A DNA stretch of 64,000 nucleotides from Alkalispirochaeta sp. (GCA_965242725.1 CBDESZ010000005.1:1-64000); one strand, 5' to 3'; positions 8,988-19,142 are shown, numbered from the stretch's first letter. Notes: generated by a model not told the origin, from the sequence alone. Translations and numbers: made by a program.

Positions 8988-9974
8988 ATGAAGACCGAAG
9001 ACCGGATTTACCAGGAGGCACTGCAAGTTGCCACCATGTATTACTACCAGGGACTCACCACGGAAACGATCGCGAAAGAGATGGAGTTTTCCCGTCCCAA
9101 GGTGAGCAGGCTCCTGAGCCACGCCCGGTCCACGGGAATGGTAGAAATCAGGATTGTCAATGTGCAGAACATGCTCTCTCCCCTGGAGGTCCAGATTCGG
9201 GAACGCTTCGGACTGGAGGCGGTCCATATCGTTCCCGCACCGGAGCTGTTGGGTGAGGTCATCTGGCTTGAGCGCGTTGCCCGCTATACCGCAAACTACC
9301 TCAACGATGTGCTGGATAACGGGCGGACCGTTGCGGTGGCGTGGGGGACGACGATCAGTGAAGTCATTGCGCATCTCATACCGAAACATCTTCCGGAACT
9401 GACGGTCGTTCAATTGAACGGATCGGGAAACACCTATACTCCCGATAACCGGTATGCCGCCAATATCCTTGAGCGATTTGCCCGCAATTACGATGCCAAC
9501 GTGGTTCTCTTTCCCGTTCCGACCTTTTTTGACTACCGGGAAACGAAGGAGGCGATGTGGCGGGAGCGGAGCATCGGCAACATCATTTCCCTTCAGGAGC
9601 GGGCGGATGTCCTTCTCTACAGCATCGGAGCGGTGGATGCCGGCGTACCCAGCCACGTCTATTCCCACGGATACCTCGATCCCGACGATATGTCCGATCT
9701 GGAACGGAACGGCGTCGTCGGGGATCTGGCAACGGTCTTCTTCAGAAGCGACGGCAGCTGGGAGGACCTTTCCCTCAATCGGCGCGCCAGCGGTCCGCCC
9801 CTCTCCCTGTATGGAGCGCCGGGAAAGCGATCGATTTGCGTCGTCAGCGGGAAAAGCAAAATACCCGGTCTTCTTGCGGCGCTGAGGGCGCGCTATATGA
9901 CCGAGCTCATCGTGGACGAGCCGACGGCGCGGCAACTCTGTCGTGAAGGCGGCTGTTCTCCGGAGCGGGTGTAA
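8988..9974 (+). CDS. SorC/DeoR-type sugar-binding transcriptional regulator
   Basis: MYYYQGLT..IA...SRPKVSRLL HTH; VAWGTT; LIVDE.TA. Confidence 0.9.
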   Translation: MKTEDRIYQEALQVATMYYYQGLTTETIAKEMEFSRPKVSRLLSHARSTGMVEIRIVNVQNMLSPLEVQIRERFGLEAVHIVPAPELLGEVIWLERVARYTANYLNDVLDNGRTVAVAWGTTISEVIAHLIPKHLPELTVVQLNGSGNTYTPDNRYAANILERFARNYDANVVLFPVPTFFDYRETKEAMWRERSIGNIISLQERADVLLYSIGAVDAGVPSHVYSHGYLDPDDMSDLERNGVVGDLATVFFRSDGSWEDLSLNRRASGPPLSLYGAPGKRSICVVSGKSKIPGLLAALRARYMTELIVDEPTARQLCREGGCSPERV

Positions 9975-9999
9975 CGATACACGAACGTTGGAGTTGAAG

Positions 10000-10770
10000 A
10001 TGCCTACTATGACGATACATGAGCTGGACCGTTATTTCCGGTCCATTCTGTCCCTGGATGAATTTGTCCGCGTAGACTCATCCCGAAACGGGTTGCAGGT
10101 GCAGAAGAGGGACGAGGTTGTACACAAGGTTGCCTTTGCCGTCGATGCTGCGATGGAGGTCTTTGAAGCTGCCGCAGCGGAAGAGGCCGATCTTCTTTTT
10201 GTACACCACGGACTCTTCTGGGGGCGGGAGGAGACGCTCACGGGCACCCATTTTGAACGGATATCCTTTCTTCTTGAAAAGGGTATCGCCCTTTATGCGG
10301 TACATCTGCCCCTGGACGCCCACCTGTCGCTGGGAAATAACGCCGGAATTGCCGAGCAGATAGGGCTGATCGATGTAGAGCCTTTCGGCCTCTTGAAGGG
10401 CATACCTATCGGGGTGGCCGGGCGCTTTCCCGCCGCCGTTCCCCTCAAGACCGTCGAGACGCGACTCTTTGGCGAGCGTTTCCGCCCGCTCGCTTCCCTT
10501 TCCTTCGGGCCGCCTGAGATCGCCACGGTCGGTATCATTTCCGGCGGTGCGCCCATGGAAGTTGACCAGGCCATCGAACTGGGACTTGATCTGTATATTT
10601 CCGGAGATGCAAACCATATCGCATATCACCGTTGTCGGGAGTCGGGAATCAATGCTATTTTCGGAGGACATTACGCAACGGAGATTTGGGGTGTACAGCG
10701 TGTTGCCGCCCAACTTGCCGCCGATACGGGTATGGAGACGGTGTTTCTTGATGTCCCGACGGGAATGTAG
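10000..10770 (+). CDS. Nif3-like dinuclear metal centre protein
   Basis: NGLQV, VHHGLFW, HLPLDAH..LGNN, GGHYATE. Confidence 0.93.
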   Translation: MPTMTIHELDRYFRSILSLDEFVRVDSSRNGLQVQKRDEVVHKVAFAVDAAMEVFEAAAAEEADLLFVHHGLFWGREETLTGTHFERISFLLEKGIALYAVHLPLDAHLSLGNNAGIAEQIGLIDVEPFGLLKGIPIGVAGRFPAAVPLKTVETRLFGERFRPLASLSFGPPEIATVGIISGGAPMEVDQAIELGLDLYISGDANHIAYHRCRESGINAIFGGHYATEIWGVQRVAAQLAADTGMETVFLDVPTGM

Positions 10771-10835
10771 CGTAACATTGATTAATTTGTCGCGATGGGA
10801 CCACCGGGCCAGCCGTGACAACGATCGGAGGGTCC

Positions 10836-11387
10836 ATGGTTCGTAGTTACGGAACATTTCTTGGTGCACCGGAGCCGAAGGAGCTGCTCAAACCGCTGCT
10901 CCTCACCTTTCTTGTTATCGTTCTGGACCAGGTCACCAAAACCATCGTTGCCGGGAATATCCCGCTCTACTACGAGAGCGGCTTCGTCATCGAGGTGTTC
11001 GGTGATTTCTTCCGCCTCATTCACGCCCGCAACCTGGGAATCGCCTTCAGTATCGGGGATCACTTTCCCTTCTGGATACGAAAGGTGTTTTTTGTGGGGT
11101 TGCCGGTGGTGGTGCTGCTCATACTCTTTTTCGGGTTTTACTGCAGCCGTGATATTACCCGATTTCAGCGCTACTGCGTCGCCCTCATTCTCGGCGGCGG
11201 CGTGGGCAACATCATCGATCGGATATTCCGCCCCCTGGGCGTAGTTGATTTTCTTGACGTGAAATTTTACGGACTATTGGGACTGGAGCGGTGGCCCACC
11301 TTCAATGTGGCGGACTCCGCCGTCGTGGTTGGCGGAATTCTGTTGATTCTGGCTATGTTTTTCAGTGCGGGACGGACACATGAATAA
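10836..11387 (+). CDS. lspA: Lipoprotein signal peptidase II
   Basis: LDQVTK, NLGIAFS, GNIIDR, VVDFLD, WPTFNVADS. Confidence 0.95.
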   Translation: MVRSYGTFLGAPEPKELLKPLLLTFLVIVLDQVTKTIVAGNIPLYYESGFVIEVFGDFFRLIHARNLGIAFSIGDHFPFWIRKVFFVGLPVVVLLILFFGFYCSRDITRFQRYCVALILGGGVGNIIDRIFRPLGVVDFLDVKFYGLLGLERWPTFNVADSAVVVGGILLILAMFFSAGRTHE

Positions 11388-11652
11388 AAAAGTTAACACC
11401 CTGCTCTTTATTCTCGGGGCAACGGTTCTCAACATTGTCGTCATGACGGTGCTGTTTTTCATATTCCTCGTTCTGTTTGCCCGCTTTGTGGCGCCGGCCC
11501 TGCCGCCGGGGGCCAATCAGATCATCCTGCTCGTCCTCTTCATCGCGGCGGTGGTGGTGACCTATTTCCTTTATCACCGGTTTATGCGTTTCCTGACGAC
11601 AAAATACCCCCTGGACGAGTACATGTCCCCCCTCTTCGGCAAGAAAAAATAG
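11380..11652 (+). CDS. Small two-TM hypothetical protein coupled to lspA
   Basis: Two hydrophobic helices; start overlaps the lspA end. Confidence 0.75.
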   Translation: MNKKVNTLLFILGATVLNIVVMTVLFFIFLVLFARFVAPALPPGANQIILLVLFIAAVVVTYFLYHRFMRFLTTKYPLDEYMSPLFGKKK

Positions 11653-11659
11653 CGTTCGA

Positions 11660-13294
11660 TCAATAACCGTCGGACATCGAGCGGTTCTGATCCTTCTTGT
11701 AGAGTTCGGAATAGACGAAGCCGCGATTCTTCAGTTTCTCTCTGAGTTCATCGGGGAACGGCATGTACCGCCAGAAGATGGCCCGGACGTCGCGATCCAG
11801 TTTTTGCGTTCCTTCGCTTTCCTTGGTAATCCAGAGGATGTAGTCCTGAATAAACTGGTCCTTCACGTCGCCCTTGAGTTTCCGGTCGGAAAACCACTGG
11901 TAGTACCACCCGGTGAGTCCTTCTTCCATCCAGTAATGGGCGGCCTTTTCCTTTGCGACCTGCCAGCGCAGGTCACCAAGTGCGGAGATTACCGCAACTT
12001 TCAGCTCCTTGGGATACATCGGAACGGCCAGCCTGCCGCGACTTGTCGCCCGGTTGTACCGCTCAAAGGGTTCCCAGCAGATACCCATGTCGCCGTAACA
12101 GGGAACGAGGATGATGTTCGGCACGATCCGTGTCGTTTTCTGTTTGAATGTACGCTGGAAAATGCTCGGATCCAGATATTCCACATCGGCAAGAATGTTG
12201 TGCACATTTTCTCTCGTGGCAAGGCCGATGAGGCCGCCCTTGAAGTACTGCTTATAGAGGAGCGGAAAGTGGTTGCCCTGCCGGCCCACGCACAGTTTCG
12301 CCATTTGACGGATGGTTGCCATCTCATCAACCGACGCTTTTGCGTCCACATGGGAGACGTCCTCACCGGCGTCTGCGACCTGCCGTTCAAGGTCCTGCAG
12401 TGTGTCCCGGTACTTTTCCAGCTCCCGGTAGGCCCGCGCCATTTCCCTGCCTTCATTGCTCAGCGTCCGCAATTCCGATGAAATATCCGAAAAAAGACTC
12501 CGCTGGCCCTCCCCGTAGGGTCCCTTCTGGCCGTCAGACTCCGACCTGGTATCCCGTGAGACGAGGCGCCGGACAAGATCGACGAGCTGATTTTCATGGC
12601 TCTCCATATCGTTGTTCCGGGTCCGAATCAGTTCGAGCTGTGCTTCAACCTTGCCCCGTGCCGTCTCAAGCTGTCGTGTCAGCCGGGTTGTCCCGCCCGG
12701 TCCGGTTCCTTTCGTCTCGTCCGTGGCGGAAACGTTGATATCACCCCGGGCAACCTTCGCCAGCCATTCGTCGACGTAGTGAATGGGTTCACCTCGCCTG
12801 TTTTTCTCAATGATCTGGGCAATCATGAGGCGCTGCTCCTTGTCCAGCATCGTCGGCAGCAGGATGCCGAAGCGGAGCACAAGCATCTTGGGTTCCGGCA
12901 GCTTGCCGTAGGCGTGTTGGGCAAGGTGCTTTGTCAGCTCCCAGTAGAGGGGTATAAATCGGCTGCGGTACATCGACCGGTCTTCGGGGTTGTCCGCCTT
13001 GAGGAACTTGGCGAGGGTGCTGTGCAGTCGTTTTGCCGTCTCTCCCACGTCGGCAAGGGCGTCCTGGTAGAAATTCGGGTTGCGAAAGTAGTGTTTCGGT
13101 TCCTCTTTTACCTCTTCAATACGTTGGAACCGCTCCGTCCCGTCGTCGTCCGAGGCCCCGCCGGACTGCCCATCAAAGGACGGTTCATCTGAATCGGTAT
13201 CTTCAAAGAGATCTTCAAAATCGGGCGCTCCGTCGTCGTCATTGTCCAGGTCCGATACAAAAAGGTTGTCGTTGGTATCGAAAGATTCCGCCAT
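11660..13294 (-). CDS. Hypothetical protein with acidic N-terminus and central coiled coil
   Basis: Long ORF with protein-like composition; start set at MAESFD because the longer ORF overlaps the tRNA. Confidence 0.8.
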   Translation of the reverse strand: MAESFDTNDNLFVSDLDNDDDGAPDFEDLFEDTDSDEPSFDGQSGGASDDDGTERFQRIEEVKEEPKHYFRNPNFYQDALADVGETAKRLHSTLAKFLKADNPEDRSMYRSRFIPLYWELTKHLAQHAYGKLPEPKMLVLRFGILLPTMLDKEQRLMIAQIIEKNRRGEPIHYVDEWLAKVARGDINVSATDETKGTGPGGTTRLTRQLETARGKVEAQLELIRTRNNDMESHENQLVDLVRRLVSRDTRSESDGQKGPYGEGQRSLFSDISSELRTLSNEGREMARAYRELEKYRDTLQDLERQVADAGEDVSHVDAKASVDEMATIRQMAKLCVGRQGNHFPLLYKQYFKGGLIGLATRENVHNILADVEYLDPSIFQRTFKQKTTRIVPNIILVPCYGDMGICWEPFERYNRATSRGRLAVPMYPKELKVAVISALGDLRWQVAKEKAAHYWMEEGLTGWYYQWFSDRKLKGDVKDQFIQDYILWITKESEGTQKLDRDVRAIFWRYMPFPDELREKLKNRGFVYSELYKKDQNRSMSDGY

Positions 13295-13345
13295 ACCCTC
13301 AATATACCATGGCGCCGCAGAACTGGTCATTCCGTGTGGGCCAAT

Positions 13346-13370
13346 AAAAAAGACCGCCTGCCGGCGGTCT
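13346..13370 (-). terminator. Terminator downstream of tRNA-Ala
   Basis: Stem AGACCGCC/GGCGGTCT with T-run on the minus strand. Confidence 0.75.
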
Positions 13371-13390
13371 CTCTTCAAAGGGACGGTAAT

Positions 13391-13464
13391 TGGAGGTGAC
13401 GGGACTCGAACCCGTGACCCCTTGAATGCCATTCAAGTACTCTAGCCAACTGAGCTACACCCCC
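13391..13464 (-). tRNA. tRNA-Ala(GGC); CCA not encoded
   Basis: GGGGGTGTAGCTCAGTTGGCTAGAGTACTTGAATGGCATTCAAGGGGTCACGGGTTCGAGTCCCGTCACCTCCA; G3:U70 pair, GGC anticodon, TTCGA T-loop. Confidence 0.96.
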
Positions 13465-13593
13465 ATATTCCCCGAATCGTGCAGCATTTTTACCGTAATT
13501 CCCCGTTCTGTCAAGTCTGATGTTCAATCTCTCCCTGCTGGACGGACTTGCAGGGGTGCAGGGAATGCCATACGTTTAACGAGGGGTCGCTTC

Positions 13594-14634
13594 ATGACGA
13601 AAAGTCGGGACAGTCTGAGTACGCGTCTATACAAACTGCATGAGTTTCTCTTTTACCTCGCGGACGCGGACTCGCCCGATGAGATCTGTCGACGGGCGGT
13701 TGTCAGCGGCCGTGAGGCGGCAGGGGTGGACCGGATCGGAATCTGGTTTGTCGATCCCGACGATCCGACAACCTTCCTCGGCAGCTACGGAATAGATGAA
13801 AGCGGGGAGCTGCGGGATGAACGGCTGTCTCGGATCACGTTGAATCGGGATATCTACGATGACGACTTCCTCAACCGGAAGGTGCCCTACAAATTTTTCC
13901 CCGACGCCGCCGTCTATGACGACGCAAGCAACGAGGTCGGAACGGCGGATCTCATAGTGGCACCGTTGTGGAACGGGAATGAGTCCATAGGCGCACTCAG
14001 CGCCGATAACTTTCCTGCCCGCACGCCGATGACGGAGGATGACAGGCACCTGGTGGCGCTTCTCGCACGGATGGTCGCCCATATGGTGACAATGAAACGG
14101 ACCGAAAAAACGCTTCGGGAGAATGCCGCCCGCCTTCATGAACTTGCAACGACCGATGAAATGACGGGGTTTCTCAACCGTCGCACGGGAATGCAGAATC
14201 TGGAACACCACATTTCAATCGCCCGACGAAACGGTGAGGTTCTCACCGTCTGTTTTCTCGACGTTGATCATTTGAAGCGCGTGAATGATGAGCAGGGACA
14301 CGCACGGGGAGACCTGCTGATTCGCACGATCGCGGGACTCGTCAAGAACGTGCTGCGGGAATCTGATATCGTATGCCGCATGGGCGGCGATGAGTTCATG
14401 GTCGTTCTGCCGGGCGGGTCCCGGGCGGAGGCCGGCGCAGTCATGGAGCGCCTCCTGGACGGCGCAAAGGCGTCCAGTCAGCTTGCTTCCATTACCGGCG
14501 GACCGTGGTTCAGTTACGGACTGGCGGAGTATGACGGTGCCGCCGATAAGTCGGCGTTACCGGTGAAGGCGATTGCGGAACAGCTTATCAACCGGGCGGA
14601 CATGGAAATGTACTTTCACAAGCGCTCCCGGTAA
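13594..14634 (+). CDS. GAF-GGDEF diguanylate cyclase
   Basis: TDEMTGFLNRR, DVDHLKRVND..GH..GD, I-site RESD, MGGDEF. Confidence 0.92.
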   Translation: MTKSRDSLSTRLYKLHEFLFYLADADSPDEICRRAVVSGREAAGVDRIGIWFVDPDDPTTFLGSYGIDESGELRDERLSRITLNRDIYDDDFLNRKVPYKFFPDAAVYDDASNEVGTADLIVAPLWNGNESIGALSADNFPARTPMTEDDRHLVALLARMVAHMVTMKRTEKTLRENAARLHELATTDEMTGFLNRRTGMQNLEHHISIARRNGEVLTVCFLDVDHLKRVNDEQGHARGDLLIRTIAGLVKNVLRESDIVCRMGGDEFMVVLPGGSRAEAGAVMERLLDGAKASSQLASITGGPWFSYGLAEYDGAADKSALPVKAIAEQLINRADMEMYFHKRSR

Positions 14635-15503
14635 CTCCGATCGTCACCGTCCCGGGCATCTCCCACAATCCGGGTTTCGTACTGCGTCGGGTTTTGCCGG
14701 TAGTATTGTTCCCGGTACCGGCTCGGGCTCATGTCGGCGTACCGGCTGAAACTGCGGGAAAAATGGAATGGATTGGAATATCCGAGTTCAAAGGCGATTT
14801 CCTTGATCGAACGCGTCGTATTGAGGAGGAGTGAGGCCGCCACTTCCATGCGGAGACGGCGATAATACTGCAGCGGAGATACCCCGAAATGTTCGGTGAA
14901 GAGACGTGTGAGATGGGCCTGGGTGATTTCGCACGCCCGGGCGACCTCTGCCACCGTGATGCGTTGCGCCAGGTGTCGCTCAAAGAGACGAATTGCCCGG
15001 CTGATATGGACGTTGTATTCCGGTACGACGGAGGGATCGGTTTCGGCGCCTCCGGCTTCCGCCGCAAGTTCCCAAAGAAGGGAGAGCAGCATATGCTCCG
15101 CCGATTTTCTACGCGCCTTGTGTACATGGGCGTACCGGTTCTTAAGGTCCTCAAAAAGGACGCGATACCGCGACGCGACGGTCCGCGGAAACGACGTGAG
15201 AAATGTTTCGGTCTCCAGGGTAGCCGTCAGGTCATCCTGGGCGAGGGTAAAGAGCACCGCATAATATGAAATCGGCCGTCTCACATCTCCGGGGTGGACC
15301 GAGTGGCGCTCAAGGGGCGGAGAATAGTAGAGCGACCCCGGAGAGATCACATAGCGCTGACGATCCTTCCGGAAGTGGCCGGCGCCTCCGATAAAGTAGT
15401 GGAGTTCATGCTCCCCGGGATTGTGGGAGTGGCTGCGGGAGTGCCATCGCACGAGTTCCGGAGTCTTCAGTTGATAGACAAAGACGACATCCAGGATTTC
15501 CAT
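14616..15503 (-). CDS. AraC family regulator, probable xylose regulator
   Basis: Cupin N-terminus; SIKEIAFELGYSNPFHFSRSF; divergent from xylA. Confidence 0.9.
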   Translation of the reverse strand: MEILDVVFVYQLKTPELVRWHSRSHSHNPGEHELHYFIGGAGHFRKDRQRYVISPGSLYYSPPLERHSVHPGDVRRPISYYAVLFTLAQDDLTATLETETFLTSFPRTVASRYRVLFEDLKNRYAHVHKARRKSAEHMLLSLLWELAAEAGGAETDPSVVPEYNVHISRAIRLFERHLAQRITVAEVARACEITQAHLTRLFTEHFGVSPLQYYRRLRMEVAASLLLNTTRSIKEIAFELGYSNPFHFSRSFSRYADMSPSRYREQYYRQNPTQYETRIVGDARDGDDRSYRERL

Positions 15504-15600
15504 ACGGGCAGGATATCATCAAACAACGGTTCTTGATATCAAAAAAAGATATGGCCATCGTCGGTGACAGCAGGTACCGTAGGAGACGGAGGAATGAATC

Positions 15601-16911
15601 ATGGCAGAAATTTTCCCGAACATACCAAACGTACAATTTGAAGGACCCGATACGCGCAACCCCTTCGCGTTTCGATATTACGACGCGGACAGGAAAGTCG
15701 GTGGAAAAACGATGGCGGAACACTTCCGTTTTTCAATGGCTTTCTGGCACTCCATGAACGGCGGAGGTACCGATCCCTTCGGTACGGTGACGGCAATTCG
15801 CCCATGGGACGATGTAACCGATCCAATGGAGCTCGCACGGACCAAGATGCGGGGTATCTTTGAACTCACCACAAAACTGACGATCCCCTTTTTCTGTTTT
15901 CATGATCGCGATATCGCCCCCGACGGCGATACCCTGCGGGAATCAAACAGGAATCTCGACGAGATCGTCGGACTGGCGAAGTCTCTCATGAACGATCACC
16001 CCACGCGGCTGTTGTGGGGAACGGCGCAGCTCTTTTTTCATCCCCGATACATGAACGGTGCCGCTACCTCTCCCGATCCGGCGGTATACGCCTACGCAGC
16101 GGGACAGGTGAAAAAGGCGATGGAGGTGACTAAGGAGCTCGGCGGCGCCAATTACGTCTTCTGGGGCGGTCGGGAAGGGTATGAGACGATGCTCAATACC
16201 GACATGAAGCGCGAGCTGGACAACCTTGGATATTTCCTCAACATGGCGGTGGACTATAAAAAGGAGATCGGCTTTGACGGTCAGCTCCTCATTGAGCCCA
16301 AACCGATGGAACCGACAAAACACCAATATGACGCCGATACCGGTTCAATTTGGGGCTTTCTCCAGGAATACGGTCTGGAAAAGGAACTGAAGCTCAATAT
16401 TGAAACGAATCACGCCACCCTGGCGGGTCATACGATACAGCATGAACTGCATTTTGCCCGGGTCAAGGGAATCCTCGGCAGTGTTGACGCCAATCAGGGC
16501 GACACGCTGCTCGGGTGGGATACCGACCAGTTCCCCACCGACCTGTACGTAACCACCTCAATGATGTACGAAATCCTCCTGAACGGCGGATTGCACAGCG
16601 GCGGACTCAACTTTGACGCCAAGGTACGCCGGCCGTCCAACACGGTGGAGGATCTCGTCCAGGCCCACATCGTCGGTATGGACAGCTTTGCCCGCGGTCT
16701 GATGGCCGCCCAGGCGATCCTCGAGGACGGCGAACTTCCCGGATTTGTCGACAACCGGTACAAGGGATATTCCGACGGTATCGGAAAGAAGATCTCCGAC
16801 AAGGCGGTCTCCTTCAGGGACCTTGAAGAGTGGGTCCTTGACCGAAAGGTGATGCATCCGGCATCGGGTCGTCAGGAATACCTGGAATCTCTGGTAAACA
16901 GGTTCCTGTAA
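15601..16911 (+). CDS. xylA: Xylose isomerase (class II)
   Basis: FCFHDRDIAP, FWGGREGY, LIEPKPMEP, NIETNHATLAGH, GWDTDQFP. Confidence 0.97.
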   Translation: MAEIFPNIPNVQFEGPDTRNPFAFRYYDADRKVGGKTMAEHFRFSMAFWHSMNGGGTDPFGTVTAIRPWDDVTDPMELARTKMRGIFELTTKLTIPFFCFHDRDIAPDGDTLRESNRNLDEIVGLAKSLMNDHPTRLLWGTAQLFFHPRYMNGAATSPDPAVYAYAAGQVKKAMEVTKELGGANYVFWGGREGYETMLNTDMKRELDNLGYFLNMAVDYKKEIGFDGQLLIEPKPMEPTKHQYDADTGSIWGFLQEYGLEKELKLNIETNHATLAGHTIQHELHFARVKGILGSVDANQGDTLLGWDTDQFPTDLYVTTSMMYEILLNGGLHSGGLNFDAKVRRPSNTVEDLVQAHIVGMDSFARGLMAAQAILEDGELPGFVDNRYKGYSDGIGKKISDKAVSFRDLEEWVLDRKVMHPASGRQEYLESLVNRFL

Positions 16912-16927
16912 TCGCGAAACGACACGG

Positions 16928-16955
16928 ACGGACGCCTCGGGCGTCCGTTTTTTTT
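16928..16955 (+). terminator. Terminator between xylA and xylB
   Basis: ACGGACGCC-tcg-GGCGTCCGT followed by a T-run. Confidence 0.8.
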
Positions 16956-16974
16956 CAATAGGAGGAGACAGACA

Positions 16975-18582
16975 ATGAGCAGCCCCATCACTCTCGGCAT
17001 CGACGTAAGTACCCAGAGCATCTCCGCCGTCGCAATCCGTTTTGACGCGACCGCCGCCTCGGTCGTGGCGGATCACTCCATCGCCTATCGCGACGACCCT
17101 CGATTGAATCGCTTTGGAATCGACGGCGAGACGCTTCTCGTCCCGCCCCGGGTGGCCGGTGAAGCGGACCAGCCTCCGCGCATGTTTCTCGCCGGACTTG
17201 ATGCCGTGCTGGGTGACCTCCGCGAACAGGGGCTGGACTTCTCCGCAGTCGGAGCTATTTCCGTCAGCGCCCAGCAGCATGGGCATGTCTACCTGTCCCG
17301 GGCGGGACAGGTAGCGATGGGCGCACTCAACGAAACGGCCGACCCCGCGGCGGACCTCGTCCACCTGTTGGGAGACGCCTTTTCCTACGGTACGGCGCCG
17401 ATCTGGCAGACCGCGGATTCCCAGAGTCAGGCGGACGAGATACGTACCGCCCTGGGCGGCCGGGAAGGGATGGTGAAGGCGTCGGGATCCGACAGTCCCG
17501 CCCGATTCACCGGCGCGGTCGTGAGACGCACCGTTACCCGATATCCCGAAATCTGGGACGACACCGCGGAAATCGCCCTCCTGAGCTCGTTCATCTCCGG
17601 CATCCTCGCCGCCCGCCCGGTATGTCCCATAGACTGGGGGAACGGTGCCGGCATGTCTCTCATGGATTACACATCGCGGCAGTGGTCCGATGTGCTCATG
17701 AACGCCGTCGCCGCCGGTCTTCCCGGTGGTGCGAATGCGTTGCGGCAGAAGCTCCCCGACACCGCATCGCCGGTGACCGTGGTCGGTACGATCGCCCGCT
17801 ATTTCGTTGACCGGTACGGTTTCCCGCCGGAATGTCTGGTGAACGCCGGAAGCGGTGACAATCCCCAGTCCAAGGTGGTGATCGACGGCGACCTGCTCTC
17901 CCTTGGTTCGAGTTTTGTCTACATGGTGGACACCGGAGAACCCGTCGTCGATCTGCAGGGATACGCAAACAGCATGTATGACGGTCTCGGTCGTCCATTT
18001 GTCTTTGCGTGTCGAACGAACGGCGCCATGGTGTGGGACCGTCTCCGGAATCGTTATCACGCCGACTTTGACCGGGCGGAACGGGCGCTGGAAGGAAGCA
18101 AACCCGGACGGACGGTGGAGATCTGGCAACCCTACGCAGAGAGCTATCCCGTGGCGCCTCCGGTTGAAAACCGCGCCGCCCGGGACGGTACCGGATCGTT
18201 TGATGAGCTTTATCCCGCGATTGTTGATTCCGCGCTCGTGTTGACCCGTCACTACGCCCGCGGTTTTGAGCGGGGCAGCGGTCCCCTCGCGCTCACCGGC
18301 GGCCCCGCGGTAAGCACAGCCATTCAGCGGCGCGTCGCCGCCGTCTTTGAACGTCCCGTCATCGTCATGCAGAGTTCCGGCGCCGCCATGGGAAGCGCCC
18401 TCTCGGCGTGGCAGACTCTCAGTACCGCCCGTGGAGTTGACGCCGACATGACGCGTGTACGGGAGAACCTCGTTCCGCGACAACGGACGGTACACCCCGA
18501 TACGGAGCTTCTGCGCGCATATGACGGCGCCCGATCGCGGATCGTCGAGACCTTTGAGGAAGCCGCCGGCCTTTCACGTTGA
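16975..18582 (+). CDS. xylB: Xylulokinase (FGGY family), eukaryote-type signature
   Basis: LGIDVSTQS, SAQQHGHVY, APIWQ, RFTG, LLSSF, GDNP, LGSS; follows xylA. Confidence 0.85.
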   Translation: MSSPITLGIDVSTQSISAVAIRFDATAASVVADHSIAYRDDPRLNRFGIDGETLLVPPRVAGEADQPPRMFLAGLDAVLGDLREQGLDFSAVGAISVSAQQHGHVYLSRAGQVAMGALNETADPAADLVHLLGDAFSYGTAPIWQTADSQSQADEIRTALGGREGMVKASGSDSPARFTGAVVRRTVTRYPEIWDDTAEIALLSSFISGILAARPVCPIDWGNGAGMSLMDYTSRQWSDVLMNAVAAGLPGGANALRQKLPDTASPVTVVGTIARYFVDRYGFPPECLVNAGSGDNPQSKVVIDGDLLSLGSSFVYMVDTGEPVVDLQGYANSMYDGLGRPFVFACRTNGAMVWDRLRNRYHADFDRAERALEGSKPGRTVEIWQPYAESYPVAPPVENRAARDGTGSFDELYPAIVDSALVLTRHYARGFERGSGPLALTGGPAVSTAIQRRVAAVFERPVIVMQSSGAAMGSALSAWQTLSTARGVDADMTRVRENLVPRQRTVHPDTELLRAYDGARSRIVETFEEAAGLSR

Positions 18583-18596
18583 ACGGCCCGGGCCGG

Positions 18597-18842
18597 TTAC
18601 TCAGAGACGGGCTGGACGAGAATGCGCCCGGCCAGTTCCCTGCCGATTGCGATGCGTGATCCTTCCAGCCGGGCGATAATGGGTCCCCGTTTACTGTAGG
18701 ACTGGACGACCATGGTTTTTCCCGGGATGACACCGAGAGAAATCACCTTGTCCCGAAATCCCTCGCCTCCATCGAGGCGAACCACCGTTACCGTGGTACC
18801 GGTGGGAATATCGGAAAGGGCGTATACCGCCGCGTCGTTCAT
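18597..18842 (-). CDS. feoA: FeoA domain protein
   Basis: SLGVIPG...GPII..LEGSRIAIGRELA. Confidence 0.85.
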   Translation of the reverse strand: MNDAAVYALSDIPTGTTVTVVRLDGGEGFRDKVISLGVIPGKTMVVQSYSKRGPIIARLEGSRIAIGRELAGRILVQPVSE

Positions 18843-19142
18843 TCACTTCTCCTTCTCACGCCGCTTTACCGACCGGCGACGATACTCGGCGGTGAGGTCC
18901 TTGAAGTCAAAAACCTCCGGAACGGGATCGTTCCCGCCGTCAAACAGGGCGGAACAGCGCCCGACACGTAAAACAGCCATGGAAATGCCCTTTACCATAC
19001 CATGTTTCAAAATCGCCTGCCGACTGTATTCGGAACAGGTGGGATAGTAGTTGCAGCTGCCGGGAAAGAGAGGTGAAATCACCCACTGGTAGAGTCGTAT
19101 GGGAAGAGTCAGGAGGGTTCTGAAAATCTTCAATAGTATCAT
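18843..19142 (-). CDS. yidD: Membrane protein insertion efficiency factor
   Basis: IRLYQWVISPL..SCNYYPTCSEY..AILKHG..G....RC...GG.DPVP. Confidence 0.92.
   Translation of the reverse strand: MILLKIFRTLLTLPIRLYQWVISPLFPGSCNYYPTCSEYSRQAILKHGMVKGISMAVLRVGRCSALFDGGNDPVPEVFDFKDLTAEYRRRSVKRREKEK

Noticed and set aside
13391..13464. tRNA-Ala as an island integration site
   Set aside because: No integrase, no duplicated tRNA 3' end and no obvious composition shift seen
13295..13593. ORF extensions across the tRNA (13432 minus, 13426 plus)
   Set aside because: They overlap the tRNA; better starts exist at 13294 and 13594
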